Below are positions 37,525 through 50,937 of a stretch of DNA of 64,000 nt, in pieces; position 1 is the stretch's first letter, and every line of letters begins with the position of its first letter. The stretch comes from Candidatus Nanoarchaeia archaeon (GTDB lineage Archaea > Nanobdellota > Nanobdellia > WJKC01). The stretch is from assembly GCA_041653515.1 (NCBI GenBank), contig JBAZFG010000004.1, positions 6,568-70,567 on the forward strand, written 5' to 3'. The translations under genes were made by a program, and so were the position numbers. The notes under the pieces were generated by a model. It had not been told where the DNA came from and did no database searches. It saw only the letters and a program-made list of their open reading frames with translations.

Positions 37525-38391
37525 ATGAAAACCACTGACTTGATTGATAAGCTTGATAATGACTTCAAATTAAGCTCTTTAAGTGATGATTGGAGTGATT
37601 GGCCTGAATTAAAAAGTAATTCTTATGTTACTGATAAATTCAAGAAGTGTTACATGGGATTAATAGCTGATAATGCTTCTGAAATTGAAAGTATTTATAC
37701 TGCTGTGTTCCCAAGCAAGCAAGTCTTTAGTGAGTTAAAAAACGTTAATAATGCTTTATTAATCACTCATCACCCAATGAAATGGGATATAAGAGTTAAA
37801 CCCGCTTTCACCCCGATTAGTAATAAAGAATTTAGCTTGCTTAAGAAGAATAAGATATCTTTTTACAATCTGCACGTGCCACTTGATGCTAATGGAACTT
37901 ACTCCACCAGTGTTAATCTGGCCCGAGCGTTAGGGGCTGGTTTGCTTAAAAAAGAATTCTTTGATTATCATGGAGTTAAAGTCGGTGTTGTCAGCAAGAT
38001 TAATGAAAAAACGGTTCAGGAATTAAAAGATAAGTTCAGCGCATTATTAGGTCATGAGATTGGTTTGTATAATTATGGTAATCAAGTGATTACTAAAGGG
38101 CTTGTTGGTTTTGTTGGTGGTGGGGGCCTTAATGTTGAGTCATTAAATGACTTAAATAAAATAGGAGTTAACACGTTAGTGACTGGTGTCACTGCGGTTA
38201 ATAGTTATTCAAAACCAATGCATGAATTAGCCAATAAGTATAAGATTAATATTTTAGGCGGTAGCCATTACTCAACTGAGAAGTTCGCGTGCGTTAAGCT
38301 ATGTGATTACTTCAAAAAGAGGAATTTAACTGCCCAATTCATAGAGGAAAATATTAAAAACAATCTTGATTGGATAAAAGCGGATTTATAA
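37525..38391 (+). CDS. Nif3-like dinuclear metal protein
   Basis: LITHHP, YNLHVPLD, GGG, TG, GSHYSTE. Confidence 0.9.
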   Translation: MKTTDLIDKLDNDFKLSSLSDDWSDWPELKSNSYVTDKFKKCYMGLIADNASEIESIYTAVFPSKQVFSELKNVNNALLITHHPMKWDIRVKPAFTPISNKEFSLLKKNKISFYNLHVPLDANGTYSTSVNLARALGAGLLKKEFFDYHGVKVGVVSKINEKTVQELKDKFSALLGHEIGLYNYGNQVITKGLVGFVGGGGLNVESLNDLNKIGVNTLVTGVTAVNSYSKPMHELANKYKINILGGSHYSTEKFACVKLCDYFKKRNLTAQFIEENIKNNLDWIKADL

Positions 38392-38444
38392 AAAAAATTG
38401 CTTTTCAAAATCATTATAAAACCATTCTTCCTTAGGATTAATCA

Positions 38445-39701
38445 GTGTTTAAGGGTTATTTATTAGCAGGGACTTTATTATTAATAGTATTAATCGCTGG
38501 TTGTGCTACTAACACGCCAGCAGTGACTAATTGTAATGATTATTGTTTATTAGAATCACATGAATCTTGCGATGGTGAATGGAGTATTAGTGGTGAGTAC
38601 CCTAATTGCACTTGTGGTTGGGTTTGTGATGATACTTGCACGCCTGACTGGAGTTGCACTGAATGGAATGATTGTAACGTAACTAATTTACAGACAAAGC
38701 ATTGTATTGACTTAAATGAATGCGGGATTAACACAAACAAACCAGCTGAGTCGCAAGCTTGCACTTTCATTAATTTTTGTGATTCAATCAGCAGCGCTAA
38801 CCTGAAAGCTAATTGCAACGCGTTCTTGTACAATGATGTTAGTAAGTGCCCAACTGAATCAACCACTTTTTATGAGAACTGTGCTTATGATTTGGCAAAG
38901 ATTACTTTTAATATCACTGTTTGTGATTCAATCAACACTACTTACACTAGGAATGTTTGTAAAGCAATAGTTAAGAATAACTTGGCTTATTGTAATATTC
39001 TTATACCAATAAACAGGACTCAATGTTATGAAGATGTTTACGCGTTCCTTAATTATCGGGCTAGTTTTGAGAATAATTCTTATTATTGTGGTTTAATAAT
39101 TAACACAACTCTTTACCCTAATTGCGCTAACCAACCAACAAGGAATACTTACTTGAATCATTATAGTAATTACAGTATTTGTGAGCGCTACTTCTTTGAT
39201 TATAACAGCACTGATTATCAGAGCATCTTTGCTTGTTATTCTTATCATGTTAAAACAGATAACACTAAAACTGTTTGTGAAAGCATAAAGAACATTGTTA
39301 ATATGACTGACTTATTCTATGATGAGTGCATAGCACTAGCGGATAATAATATTACTTATTGTTATGATTTTAATGGAACCCTTAGGGATCGTTGCTTGGC
39401 TAATTTTGCTTATTTACGAAACGACACTGATATTTGTCGCGACGCGTCTAATCGTGATAATTGTAATCAAATTGTTTGCGGTGAATTTGGCTACATTAAT
39501 TTCTGCGATATGTTAACTACTACTGTCACGCGCAACGTTGAGGTTTATAATTTAGCTATTGCTTGCTTATCAAATAACTGGGCTTCATGTAACATGGGTT
39601 ATTGTGATTTATTAACCGACCAAGTGTTAAAGGATTCATGTATTTACTATATTTATCGTTATGAGAAAATGCTTGGTTATAATTACAGAAATTATATTTG
39701 A
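38445..39701 (+). CDS. Cys-rich repeat surface protein
   Basis: IAGC, CTPDWSCTEW module, many C..I.....R..CY repeats, N-x-T/S sequons. Confidence 0.7.
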   Translation: MFKGYLLAGTLLLIVLIAGCATNTPAVTNCNDYCLLESHESCDGEWSISGEYPNCTCGWVCDDTCTPDWSCTEWNDCNVTNLQTKHCIDLNECGINTNKPAESQACTFINFCDSISSANLKANCNAFLYNDVSKCPTESTTFYENCAYDLAKITFNITVCDSINTTYTRNVCKAIVKNNLAYCNILIPINRTQCYEDVYAFLNYRASFENNSYYCGLIINTTLYPNCANQPTRNTYLNHYSNYSICERYFFDYNSTDYQSIFACYSYHVKTDNTKTVCESIKNIVNMTDLFYDECIALADNNITYCYDFNGTLRDRCLANFAYLRNDTDICRDASNRDNCNQIVCGEFGYINFCDMLTTTVTRNVEVYNLAIACLSNNWASCNMGYCDLLTDQVLKDSCIYYIYRYEKMLGYNYRNYI

Positions 39702-39744
39702 ATAGTAATCCTTAAAAATAGGTCTTTGGTTTCATTTTACAATT

Positions 39745-39817
39745 GCTTCGGTAGTCTAGTGGTCTAGGATCTCGGACTGTCGATCCGGGGACCCGGGTTC
39801 AAATCCCGGCCGGAGCG
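39745..39817 (+). tRNA. tRNA-Asp(GUC), intronless
   Basis: GCTTCGG/CCGGAGC, G73, CT-GTC-GA loop, CCGGG-TTCAAAT-CCCGG. Confidence 0.95.
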
Positions 39818-39873
39818 GTTAAAACAAGCGACGGCAGGGGCCTGGAATTTATTCCAGTGCACCGGCCGAAGCG
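39806..39873 (+). mobile_element. Short family-C element and variant duplicate of the tRNA-Asp 3' end
   Basis: ccggccggagcg (39806) vs ccggccgaagcg (39862); ggttaaaa...ggcctggaa-ttta-ttccagtgc between them. Confidence 0.7.
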
Positions 39874-39880
39874 ATTATCT

Positions 39881-40342
39881 TTATAATTTATACTTACTTA
39901 ATATTGAATTAACCTTTAAGTCAAGCTTAGAAAAACGCTCACTATCAGGTTTGCATTTCAAGGCATAAGTTAAGTAATGATTTATCAAGCTTAAAGCATT
40001 AGTTAATTCCTCTTCTTTACCAGAATAATCAGGGGCTTTAATTGCTAATAAATTAATTAATTCTTCAGCAAAACTTATGCAAACATCATGAAAAACGTTT
40101 CTAAACACTGCTTCAAATATTGGTTTATCATCTAATTCTTTAATGACTTGTTGTTTCAATGATTTATTAACAGTGGTCTCATAAAAGGATGATTGAACAA
40201 TTATCTCATAAAGGTAAAGAATATTTCTATTCGGATTAAGCGCTTTCTCATCATCAATGATTAATAATGCTTCATCAAGATTACAATAATAAACTTGTTT
40301 AGCAATCTTTTGAATAAGGTCCATAAAGAAGAAAACTATCAT
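39881..40342 (-). CDS. Hypothetical helical (TPR-like) protein
   Basis: 153-aa ORF, alpha-helical pattern. Confidence 0.45.
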   Translation of the reverse strand: MIVFFFMDLIQKIAKQVYYCNLDEALLIIDDEKALNPNRNILYLYEIIVQSSFYETTVNKSLKQQVIKELDDKPIFEAVFRNVFHDVCISFAEELINLLAIKAPDYSGKEEELTNALSLINHYLTYALKCKPDSERFSKLDLKVNSILSKYKL

Positions 40343-40446
40343 TAAAAGCTTATTAACTTATTGACAAAACTTATAAAACAAACAATATTTTTCTAAATGA
40401 TAATAATGAGTCTGGCTTCTCGGAGAAGACGCATTATACAAATAGT

Positions 40447-40586
40447 GGGCCCGTAACTCAGTCTGGTTAGAGTACTTGGCTTTTACGTCGCTACGCTCCT
40501 CCGTCCTTACGGACGGACGCTCGCTTGCTAAAACAAGCGGTGACGAGGATACCAAGGAGTCGCGGGTTCGAATCCCGTCGGGCTCA
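40447..40586 (+). tRNA. tRNA-Lys(UUU) with 65-nt intron at 37/38 (40486-40550)
   Basis: GGGCCCG/CGGGCTC, CTTGG/CCAAG, BHB with gtcgc/gtgac, GCGGG-TTCGAAT-CCCGT. Confidence 0.93.
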
Positions 40587-40872
40587 CATCCTCAAGGAGG
40601 GGGACTCCCCCTCCTTTAGAGATAATTCTCCCCCGATAAGTTGCGCCAAAGGCGCTAACCAATAAGTGGGTTCAAACCAACGGAGCTCTGCGAAGTTAGT
40701 GCCTGAACGAGCGAATAACAAAGTTCAGAGCATCCCGTCGGGCTCACTCAACCCCTTTCTTTTACAAAGAAAGTGGTTTGATCCCCAAAGAAACTATTTG
40801 ATTCGAGCTAACGCTCGAAAGTTATTTACTAAAGAATTGCGCCAGAAGCGCTAATAAACTGGCTCAAACCCA
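40572..40872 (+). mobile_element. Stack of hairpin elements (families C and A, plus a G/C-run hairpin) with a 16-bp duplicate of the tRNA-Lys 3' end
   Basis: atcccgtcgggctcac at 40572 and 40732; aaggaggggg-act-ccccctcctt; tgcgcca..gcgctaa..tcaaacc twice; family A at 40749-40796. Confidence 0.75.
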
Positions 40873-40932
40873 AGGGGTGATGGCAAATAATAATAGTAAA
40901 ATTTATAATGATATCAAACGAATAAAAACATC

Positions 40933-41325
40933 ATGAAAATTGATTTTGATAATTATAGTAAAATAATTCCAGGTAGTATACCAGCACTCTACCAATCAGG
41001 CAGTGATATTATTTGCTATAAATTACTTAATGGCGAAAAAGTTAACAATAACCCTGAATTTTTTATTGAAAGATTATCAATGATAACAGGCATCCAAAAA
41101 AGCGAATTATTCAATGAACGCACTACTCTGGTCAGTAAGTCTGGGAAAATATTTGATAACTGGTGTGCACAAGAACACAAAGAAATAATACCTGCATGGA
41201 TTACTAAAACTATTGACAACAAAATTAAAGGATTGTTTATAGACTCTGATTATATTTGGTCACCCAACCAATCTAATAATAAAAGGAACGAATTATTCCA
41301 GCAATTCTTAGATATATTCTATTAA
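40933..41325 (+). CDS. Hypothetical protein
   Basis: 130-aa ORF with upstream TATA. Confidence 0.5.
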   Translation: MKIDFDNYSKIIPGSIPALYQSGSDIICYKLLNGEKVNNNPEFFIERLSMITGIQKSELFNERTTLVSKSGKIFDNWCAQEHKEIIPAWITKTIDNKIKGLFIDSDYIWSPNQSNNKRNELFQQFLDIFY

Positions 41326-41330
41326 GTTAT

Positions 41331-42059
41331 TCATTTTCTCATTACTCTTGACTCGAATGGGATTTTATTTTCTTTAAGATTATGGTAAAAATCCTGTTTT
41401 GATAAAGGGTGTTTGTATAACTGGCCTGGTTTTTTTACCTGATAAAAAGAGGGTCTATTAGACAGAAAAGAAAGTTCATAGACACAATTGTCCTTGAATA
41501 AATATTTATTAGACAAACGATTAATTAATCGATTAAGAATTATTATCTCATCAGGATTAATTGTTGATTTTATTAACTCATGACCAGACGCACTTAACTT
41601 AATTATTGTCCGCTCAGCTTCCAAACGGTCAATATTAAAGTGATTGCCTTTAACTGCTTCAATAATATAAGCGCCGTTTTGGGGCATTAGGTTAAGCGAG
41701 AACAAGTAATCAGTCTCAGGTGTCCATTCTTGAATAATAATAAAACCATCAGAGTAACCGCCATGTTTTTCTGATAAGAATACTAAAGCTTCTCTCATTT
41801 TGGATAATATTAATTCATCATCATTAGCGTCAAGGTTAGGCGCTAAGAATAATTTAAATTCAGGGCGACCTGCTAAGCCAACTCTAACGCAAGCTAACTG
41901 ACAATTAATTTTTGATTTAAAATTACGCAAGCCATCACGCAAGAATGATTCAATCTCATCAGGCCTAACGCCATTAAGGTCAAGGGCGTAAAAACTATTA
42001 TGAGGAAAACCCATAGATGATAATTCAAGCATACTATACAATTTGTTGCTCATTATCAT
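41331..42059 (-). CDS. Hypothetical protein, weak resemblance to the PPDK/PEP-synthase ATP-grasp domain
   Basis: CVR, IIIQEW, IIEAVKG, YELSF...FYQVK. Confidence 0.35.
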   Translation of the reverse strand: MIMSNKLYSMLELSSMGFPHNSFYALDLNGVRPDEIESFLRDGLRNFKSKINCQLACVRVGLAGRPEFKLFLAPNLDANDDELILSKMREALVFLSEKHGGYSDGFIIIQEWTPETDYLFSLNLMPQNGAYIIEAVKGNHFNIDRLEAERTIIKLSASGHELIKSTINPDEIIILNRLINRLSNKYLFKDNCVYELSFLSNRPSFYQVKKPGQLYKHPLSKQDFYHNLKENKIPFESRVMRK

Positions 42060-42088
42060 TAGATTAATTAATAACTTACTTATATAAT

Positions 42089-42529
42089 ATGATTGAAATG
42101 AAACTAACTGCGGTTGAGCCGTGCATTTTTTGTCGGATAATCAAAGGCGAGTTACCATCATATAAAGTATATGAGGATAATAAGTCAATAGCTTTCCTTG
42201 ACATTTATCCTATTAATGAAGGTCATTTACTTGTCATGCCAAAAGAGCATTACAAGACGATTACTGATATGCCATGTAAATTAAACAAGCACTTAGCAGG
42301 TGTTGTCTGGGAATTAGTCCTCAGGTTACAGAAAACACTTGACCCGCCTGGAATAAAAATAATTCAAAATAATAATGAAGCCGCAGGCCAAGAAGTGCCA
42401 CATTATCATATTCACTTATTGCCAAGGTATGAAGGCGATGGTGAGCGTTATAAAGAAACTACCCTTAGAACAAAAGCGAATAAGGATAAATTACTGAAAT
42501 TACAGGAAAAGTTACAAAAAAAGAGCTAA
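42089..42529 (+). CDS. HIT family nucleotide hydrolase
   Basis: CIFCRI, AFLDIYP..GH.LV.PK.H, GQEVPHYHIHLLPR. Confidence 0.95.
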   Translation: MIEMKLTAVEPCIFCRIIKGELPSYKVYEDNKSIAFLDIYPINEGHLLVMPKEHYKTITDMPCKLNKHLAGVVWELVLRLQKTLDPPGIKIIQNNNEAAGQEVPHYHIHLLPRYEGDGERYKETTLRTKANKDKLLKLQEKLQKKS

Positions 42530-42569
42530 CGAAAGATTTAAAAAGGCTAGTAATTTGTTTTTCTCAATA

Positions 42570-42869
42570 ATGGCTTCTAATAAGAAAATTCCTGTAAAAG
42601 AAAAAGAACAAGAAGAAACTGTCAAGGATTTGAAAAGAAGCATTAATGAACATAAGCTCGTGCCCCCTCATAGGATAATTAATGATGAGGAAAAACAAAA
42701 ATTACTGATTGATTTTAAGGTTAGATTAAAAAACTTACCTAAAATAAGCATTAAAGACCCTGTTGTTAAAACACTTAAGGATGCAAAGGTTGGTGATGTT
42801 GTTGAGATTAAGCGCAGAAGCGTTACGGCAGGCGAGTCAATGTATTACCGAGTGATAATTAATGATTAG
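42570..42869 (+). CDS. rpoH: RNA polymerase subunit H (Rpo5)
   Basis: HKLVPPH, LPKI...DP, I.R.S.TAG...YYR. Confidence 0.95.
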   Translation: MASNKKIPVKEKEQEETVKDLKRSINEHKLVPPHRIINDEEKQKLLIDFKVRLKNLPKISIKDPVVKTLKDAKVGDVVEIKRRSVTAGESMYYRVIIND

Positions 42870-44355
42870 TAAAAAATTATTGAAAGCATACCACAAGGAT
42901 CGTTTGACTAACCAGTTTAATCTAGATTCTTTTAATAAATTCATTAATGAAGGAATGCAATTAGTTATTGATGAAGTTGGCAACGTGTTACCTGATATCT
43001 TGCCATCTAATGTTAGAGATTTTGAAATTAAATTTGGTAAGGTTTGGATAGAGAAGCCATGTATTGTTGAATCAGATGGTACTCGTAGGGAGATAATCCC
43101 AATGGAAGCCAGACTTAGGGATATTACTTATGAATCACCAATACTTCTTGAGATGTATTACTTAAAGAATGGAGTTAAGAGTGAAAAACAAATTATTAAT
43201 ATTGGCCATATACCAATAATGGTTAAAGGATCTGCTTGCACGCTTAATGGTTTAAAGCGGGATGAATTAATTGAGAAAAAAGAAGACCCTGATGACCCTG
43301 GCGGTTACTTTATTATTAACGGCACTGAACGTGCTATCGTAATCATTGAGGACTTAGCGCCTAATAGAATGTTTGTTGAGAGGAAAGCAACTGGTAAGTA
43401 TACTGAGATTTGTAAGGTTTTCAGCGAGGATGCTCAATTAAGGATTCCTCATGTAGTTCAAAAGGATAAGAGTGGTATGATAACAGTTAGTTTCACTCGA
43501 ATGAAAAATATTTCATTTACATTGTTAATGAAAGCACTTGGTATTTGCAGTGATAAGGATATTGTTAAAGCAATTAACCCGACTGAGAAGATGATGAGTG
43601 AGTTGTATACTAACTTGTATGAAACAGCGTCTATTAAAGATCACGCTGATGCATTAAGCACTATTGGTAAGAAGATTGGTGGCAGTAAACGTGAGGAGAT
43701 TAATGTTGAGAAAGCTATTAGGATGATGGATAAGTACTTATTCCCTCATATTGGTCATGAAGAAAGCGACCGATTACGTAAAGCGTATTACTTGGCTAAT
43801 ATGGTTAAGAAATTATTAAAATTATCTTATGGTCTTGTTGAAGAGGATGATAAAGACCATTATTCAAACAAGCGATTAAGATTATGCGGTGATATGATGG
43901 AAGGATTATTCAGGTATTCATTCAGAATATTAGCAAGCGATATGAAATATAATTTTGAGCGATTAGTCAAACGAGGTAAATTGCCAGGTTTACAAGCAAT
44001 TACCAGACGACAGTTATTAACTTCTCGAATAAAGAGCAGTCTTGCTACTGGTGAATGGGTTGGCGGCAGACATGGTGTTAGTCAGCACTTGCAGCGAAAT
44101 AATTTTGTGGCAACAATCTCTCATCTAAAGAGGGTTGTTAGTTCATTAAGTTCTGCTCGTGAGAATTTTGAGGCAAGGGACTTACACCCAACTCAATGGG
44201 GCAAGCTTTGTGCTTCAGAAACACCTGAAGGTCAAAACGTTGGTTTAAGAAAAACTTTAGCAATCACTTGTGAAATTAGCACTCAGGTTAACAATGATGA
44301 CAATGATAATATCATTAAATCAATTAGTGAATTAGGAGTGAAGGTGATTAAATAA
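42862..44355 (+). CDS. rpoB2: RNA polymerase subunit B''
   Basis: PMEARLR, DPGGYFIINGTER, DDKDHY.NKRL, ETPEG.N.GL. Confidence 0.97.
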   Translation: MISKKLLKAYHKDRLTNQFNLDSFNKFINEGMQLVIDEVGNVLPDILPSNVRDFEIKFGKVWIEKPCIVESDGTRREIIPMEARLRDITYESPILLEMYYLKNGVKSEKQIINIGHIPIMVKGSACTLNGLKRDELIEKKEDPDDPGGYFIINGTERAIVIIEDLAPNRMFVERKATGKYTEICKVFSEDAQLRIPHVVQKDKSGMITVSFTRMKNISFTLLMKALGICSDKDIVKAINPTEKMMSELYTNLYETASIKDHADALSTIGKKIGGSKREEINVEKAIRMMDKYLFPHIGHEESDRLRKAYYLANMVKKLLKLSYGLVEEDDKDHYSNKRLRLCGDMMEGLFRYSFRILASDMKYNFERLVKRGKLPGLQAITRRQLLTSRIKSSLATGEWVGGRHGVSQHLQRNNFVATISHLKRVVSSLSSARENFEARDLHPTQWGKLCASETPEGQNVGLRKTLAITCEISTQVNNDDNDNIIKSISELGVKVIK

Positions 44356-46157
44356 TGAGTGATATTTACCTTAATGGTGTTTTCCTTGGCGTAACTGAGA
44401 AACCAGTTGATTTTGTTAATAAATTAAGGGTTAAGCGACGCAAAGGTGATTTAATTGGTATGATGAACGTCTCTTATGATGAGGAGTATGATAATGTTGA
44501 GATTTCAACTGAAAAGGGCAGGGCTAGACGACCATTAATTGTTGTCAAGAACGGCGTCCCATTATTAACTAAAGAATTAATGAATAAGTTATCAAAAGAT
44601 GAGATTGATTGGGATGGTTTAGTTAAGTTAGGTGTTATTGAATATTTAGACGCTAATGAAGAGGATAATACTAAGATTGCAATTAATGAAAGTGCGATCA
44701 CTGATGAACATACTCACTTGGAGATTAGTCCTTTAGTAATATTTGGTAATCAAGCATCACTGGTTCCTTATGCAGGGCATAACATGGCTACTAGAATTAT
44801 TTTTGGTTCAAAAATGACTAAGCAGGGCTTGGGTATTTATGCTAGTAATTACTTGTTGCGTGATGATACTAATGCGCACATAATGCATTATGCTCAGAAA
44901 CCATTAATCTCAACAGTAATGTATGATTTAATGAATTATGACCTTCATCCGTTTGGTATGAACGTTGTTGTTGCAGTAATGCCATGGGATGGTTATAATA
45001 TGGAGGACTCAATTGTTATTAATAAATCATCAGTTGATCGCGGTTTATTTAGGAATAATTCTTTCAAGCCAACTAAATGTGAAGAATTAAGATATGCTGG
45101 TGGTATCAAAGATAAGATTGGTATTCCTGATAAAGATGTTAGTGGTTATCGAACAGAAGAATCTTATGCTCATTTAGAAGAAGATGGTATTATTCACCCT
45201 GAAGCTAAAGCTAAACCATATGAAGTATTAGTTGGCAAGACTAGCCCACCAAGGTTTATGACTAGTGTTGAAGAATTCAGGGTTAGTGTTGAGTCAAGGA
45301 AAGAGACTAGTGCAGCCATGAAGAGTGATGAGAATGGTGTGGTTGACTCAGTTATGATCACTGAGAGTGGTGAAGGTAATAAGATGGTTAAAGTAATTAT
45401 TAGAGAAGAGCACATCCCTGAATTAGGTGATAAGTTTGCGAGCCGTTATGGCCAAAAAGGTATTATTGGTATGACTGTGCCCCAAAATTCGATGCCTTTC
45501 ACTGCGTCAGGTGTTGTGCCAGATATTATTTTCAGTCCATTAAGTATTCCATCAAGAATGACTTATGCTCAGGTGCTTGAGTGTGTTGGTGGCAAAGCAT
45601 CAGCCATGAGTGGTGAGGTTATTGACGCAACTAGTTTTGAGGCCACGCCTGAGGATAAGCTTAGGAGTATGTTGTTAAGTATGGGCTTTAGGGATAATGG
45701 CACTGAAGCAATGTATGATGGTCGAACTGGTAGGATGTATAAAGCTCGAATTATGATTGGTAATATGTTTTATATGAAATTAAAATACCTTGTCTCAGGC
45801 AAGATACAAGCTCGTGGTAGGGGCAGGCTTCAATTATTAACACGACAACCAACTGAGGGTCGCGCTAAGGAAGGTGGTCTTAGATTAGGTGAAATGGAAA
45901 AGGATTGTCTTATTAGTCATGGTTCAAGCCTGTTATTACAGGAAAGGTTTAATAGTGATAGAGCGATTATTCCTATTTGTAAGAAATGTGGTTTAGTTGC
46001 TATTTACAATAAGTTCAAGAATAAGGGTTTATGCCCTGTTTGTGGTGATAAAAGCGAAATAGTATTAGTTGAGATGAGTTATGCGTTTAAGTTGTTATTA
46101 GATGAATTAAAATCATTATGTATTTATCCACAATTAAAGGTTAAGGAGAAAAATTAA
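44355..46157 (+). CDS. rpoB1: RNA polymerase subunit B'
   Basis: GYNMEDS, GDKFASRYGQKG, RQPTEGR..GGLRLGEME. Confidence 0.97.
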   Translation: MSDIYLNGVFLGVTEKPVDFVNKLRVKRRKGDLIGMMNVSYDEEYDNVEISTEKGRARRPLIVVKNGVPLLTKELMNKLSKDEIDWDGLVKLGVIEYLDANEEDNTKIAINESAITDEHTHLEISPLVIFGNQASLVPYAGHNMATRIIFGSKMTKQGLGIYASNYLLRDDTNAHIMHYAQKPLISTVMYDLMNYDLHPFGMNVVVAVMPWDGYNMEDSIVINKSSVDRGLFRNNSFKPTKCEELRYAGGIKDKIGIPDKDVSGYRTEESYAHLEEDGIIHPEAKAKPYEVLVGKTSPPRFMTSVEEFRVSVESRKETSAAMKSDENGVVDSVMITESGEGNKMVKVIIREEHIPELGDKFASRYGQKGIIGMTVPQNSMPFTASGVVPDIIFSPLSIPSRMTYAQVLECVGGKASAMSGEVIDATSFEATPEDKLRSMLLSMGFRDNGTEAMYDGRTGRMYKARIMIGNMFYMKLKYLVSGKIQARGRGRLQLLTRQPTEGRAKEGGLRLGEMEKDCLISHGSSLLLQERFNSDRAIIPICKKCGLVAIYNKFKNKGLCPVCGDKSEIVLVEMSYAFKLLLDELKSLCIYPQLKVKEKN

Positions 46158-46158
46158 A

Positions 46159-50021
<3,863 letters not shown>

Positions 50022-50025
<4 letters not shown>

Positions 50026-50456
50026 GTAGTAATCTTAAAATAATTTTTGATAATGAGTGTCTTAAGCATATTAATTTATTTCAATCAATTACTAAAGCAA
50101 GTGTTAAGGATTGTATTATTGATTTGGATAAAATAATGTTTGTTGTTAAAGAAGGTCAAGCTGGGTTAGCTATTGGTAAGAATGGAGCTAATATTAAGAA
50201 TTTACAGCGATTAATTAAGAAAAAAGTTGAGATTATTGAGTTTAATAATGACTTAAAATCTTTTTTGGATAATATTTTTAGGCCAGTCAAAGTTAAGGAA
50301 TCAGTTAATGTTGATGGTGGTAATCGACGGGTTGTTAAGGTATCTGTTGAGAATGATAATCACATTAATTCTAAATCTTATGTTAAGAGCAAGGTTAAGA
50401 AAGCTCGTGGATTATTAAAGAGATATTTTAATATTGATGACATTAACATTGTTTAG
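50022..50456 (+). CDS. nusA: Archaeal NusA (second KH GxxG motif appears lost)
   Basis: F..IT...VKDCI, AIGKNG.NIK, VEIIE. Confidence 0.88.
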
Positions 50457-50496
50457 AGGAAATATTTAAAAAGCCTTCGGGGTTTTCTTTTAGAGT

Positions 50497-50931
50497 ATGA
50501 AAAAGCCTAATGGTTTATTTGCAGGCAGAGCATTGCTTAGCCGGCGCAAGAAGTTTAAGACTGCTAAGAAGGGTTATAAGATGAAAAAGTTAGGCTTGAG
50601 TTTCAAGCATGACCCTTTAGAGGGTTCGCCTAGAGCTAAGGGTATTGTAATGCTTAAGTGTAATGTTTCTTGTAAACAACCACACTCAGCTTTGCGTAAG
50701 TGTGTTGTGGTTCAATTAATTAAAAATGGTAAGAACGTGACTGCGTTCGTGCCTGGAACAGGCGCTATTAAGCATGTTGATGAGCATAACACTGTTTTAA
50801 TTGAGCGTATTGGTGGCCCAATGGGTGGTAGTAAGGGCGATATTCCTGGTGTTAAATTCAAAGTAGTTAGTGTTAATGGTGTTAGTTTGCCAATGCTTAT
50901 TGCAGGCAAGAAGGAGAAACCAGTTAGATGA
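50497..50931 (+). CDS. rps12: Ribosomal protein S12
   Basis: [34 protein letters not shown]. Confidence 0.96.
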   Translation: MKKPNGLFAGRALLSRRKKFKTAKKGYKMKKLGLSFKHDPLEGSPRAKGIVMLKCNVSCKQPHSALRKCVVVQLIKNGKNVTAFVPGTGAIKHVDEHNTVLIERIGGPMGGSKGDIPGVKFKVVSVNGVSLPMLIAGKKEKPVR

Positions 50932-50937
50932 TGTTAA

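Noticed and set aside
40358..40854. ORFs 40358-40555 (-) and 40666-40854 (+)
   Set aside because: They overlap tRNA-Lys and hairpin elements; spurious.
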